Source of the DNA: Fistulifera solaris
Lineage: Eukaryota
DNA length: 64,000 nt
Assembly (NCBI GenBank): GCA_030295235.1
Contig: AP026162.1
Location: 372,001-436,000, forward strand
Direction: 5' to 3'
Made by a program: the position numbers and the translations under genes. The notes under the pieces are model-generated. The model worked only from the letters and a program-made list of their open reading frames with translations. It had not been told where the DNA came from and made no database searches. Within the stretch, counting starts at the first letter, position 1. Every line of letters starts with the position of its first letter. Positions 61,884 to 64,000 of this stretch are shown here, piece by piece.

Positions 61884-62114
61884 GAAACTCAGTATTACCG
61901 GCTTCTGGTGGTGCCCATTGAGAACGACTTCTATTCTTTCATTCTAAGAATACTAGCACCGAACATCCAAGTAGCAAATGAATAGGTTTTTAGTACAATT
62001 AATTCATAAGCTTCAAAAGGAAGAAGTGTTCTTGATGCGAAGATCCCGTAGGCTACTCCCCACCAATCAATCACTCCACCATATTTCCAAAACATAATCG
62101 ATAGCTTGCGCCAT

Positions 62115-63431
62115 CTAACCGACGTACAAACTGCGGTCGATGACGGGAGGAATCGGTCGAATCTCTGTTCCAAGTTCTTGTTCGACACGACGCAGATTGG
62201 TTCTGTCCTCATTGCTGATCAAATTGACAGCCAATCCCAGGTGGCCGAATCGTCCCGAGCGACCGATGCGGTGCAAGTACGTTTCACTATTCTTCGGGAA
62301 GTCGAAGTTGATGACGACGTTCACCGACTGGATGTCAATACCTCTGGTAAAGAGATCCGAAGTGACAAGGTGTCTTGTAGCGCCGTTGCGAAACTCGTGA
62401 AACACACGGTTGCGGTTTGCTTGCTGCATCTTGGCGTGAATGTAGTAGCACGAATATCCAAGCTCTGTAATCTTCTTGGCCAAGAGCTCCACTCGGTTCA
62501 CTGAGTTGCAAAAGATAATACTCTGGTTAATCTCAAGTTTGGTGAAAAGAGTGTTGAGACAGTGAACCTTTTGACGCTCTTCGACGTAAGCGTAAAACTG
62601 AGTGATACCACGGAGGGTCAATTCGTCCATGAGATTGATGCTGTAGGGGTTGGGGACAAATTTTTACAGAAGCCCTTGACAGTGACGGGGAACGTGGCGC
62701 TGAAAAGGCAGATTTGATGATCCTCATGACATTGTCCGATGATCTCTTCAAGAACCGGCTGAAACTCCGGAGAGAGAAGCTTATCGGCTTCGTCCATGAT
62801 AATAGTTTTGACCTTGCTGAGGTCAGCCACTTTCTTCGAGCCGAGGTCGAGAATACGACCTGGTGTTGCGACGATAATGTGGACCGAATTGTAAAGGCGC
62901 ATGATATCGTCTTTCAAGGATGTACCTCCCGTGGTCACCATGCACTGGATCCCCATGTGCTTGCCCATTTCTTTGACAATAGCAGATGTCTGCAGAGCCA
63001 GTTCACGTGTAGGGATCAAGATCAAGACTGCCGAAGGAATCAGAATCTGCTTTAGCGACACAGCTCAAGAAGGCGTGATCGGAAAGAGATTACTTACCCT
63101 GAATAAAGTCCTTCGTGGTGTCGGTCTTCTCTAAGCATGGGATGATGTAAGCAGCTGTCTTTCCCGTCCCGTTTTTCGCGCGGGCTAAAACGTTGCGGTT
63201 CTGTAGAATAACAGGAATTGCTTCTTCTTGAATTGGGCTAGGCTTTTCAAAGCCCTTTTCGAATATACCCATCAGCAGTTCGCGCTTGAGAAAGAAATCT
63301 TCAAACTCTCGTCCTTTCGTATCCGTTACATCTTCTGTTTTGTAGCGGGTGTCTTTTGGTGGTGCGGTGAGACCGTCGCGATACGATCCGTTCCCTCCTC
63401 CGTTGTTCGGAGGGTTTTGAACCGATGCCAT
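62115..63431 (-). CDS. DDX6: DEAD-box RNA helicase DDX6/Dhh1; intron 63028-63097; apparent frameshift near 62660
   Basis: [52 protein letters not shown]. Confidence 0.96.
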
Positions 63432-64000
63432 TCTTGATATCTGTTGTGTATTTATGCTGTCAGATGCGATAAAGACGGCCTCCTCTGAAATGTCTTCCGC
63501 CTGCTCGTGAATCTTGTTATCCGTACTAAAACGAAAAGCCTTTGCTTTGAACTTCCCAGTTGTTACCTTGATAAATAAAGTGAACAGCACCGAAAGAAAG
63601 CAAAAGCTCTAGTTAGTAAGGTGGCTTGAAAAGTATGCACTTTAATGGGCACGATGATGCAAGCAGCATGCGCTCCACATGTACGGGCAACGGCTATTTC
63701 TACGGAGCCTTGAGTACTGCGGCTACGTGGGCGGTCAACGGGGCCTCCGCAGCAGCGCCGCTGCAATCTTTTCTTTTTCACGGACGTTGACGTCGTACAG
63801 TAATGGTAAACTACTTTATTTCGTATATTCCAGAATGTGTATAAAATCCGAAGTTTTCCCGTATCCTTCGACACCGACATGAACATCACACGACGATGAT
63901 GGCATTTTTCGCCATTTGAATTCCGCATTCCAACTGCAATGACAGCAATGCTAAATGCTACCGGTATACCTTTACTATAACTTTCCCATTGACTCTGTTG

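Noticed and set aside
19395..62630. Programmed ribosomal frameshifting or mass pseudogenisation
   Set aside because: Breaks sit mostly at homopolymers in unrelated conserved genes; assembly error is more parsimonious.
62106..63055. Long plus-strand ORFs opposite DDX6
   Set aside because: Typical antisense open frames of a codon-biased conserved gene.

Overview
Gene-dense eukaryotic DNA with short GT-AG introns (about 60-90 nt), short intergenic spacers and several signal peptide + 'AF' bipartite plastid-targeting leaders. This points to a diatom, probably pennate (inference). About 30 protein genes are recognisable, mostly housekeeping: TM9SF, tocopherol cyclase, ELP6, eIF4E, OMA1-like, BEACH-WD40, TrmB, ESS2, MAD1, GCP2, GT64, ALG1, DDX6. 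Many carry single-base frameshifts in homopolymer runs, most likely unpolished long-read assembly errors. The most notable items are: (1) a 13-kb tandem array of four TM-CHASE-TM-HisKA-HATPase-REC hybrid histidine kinases with cytokinin-receptor-like architecture, signs of gene conversion and one copy with a nonsense codon before its receiver domain; (2) a trypsin-fold protein with Cys at the nucleophile position (GLCGAP); (3) a GST-HIT fusion; (4) a palindrome TACCWGGTA seen only in non-coding DNA; (5) several unrelated ~200-220-bp repeat structures, one of them a fold-back element. All product calls come from motif recognition by eye; no searches were run.
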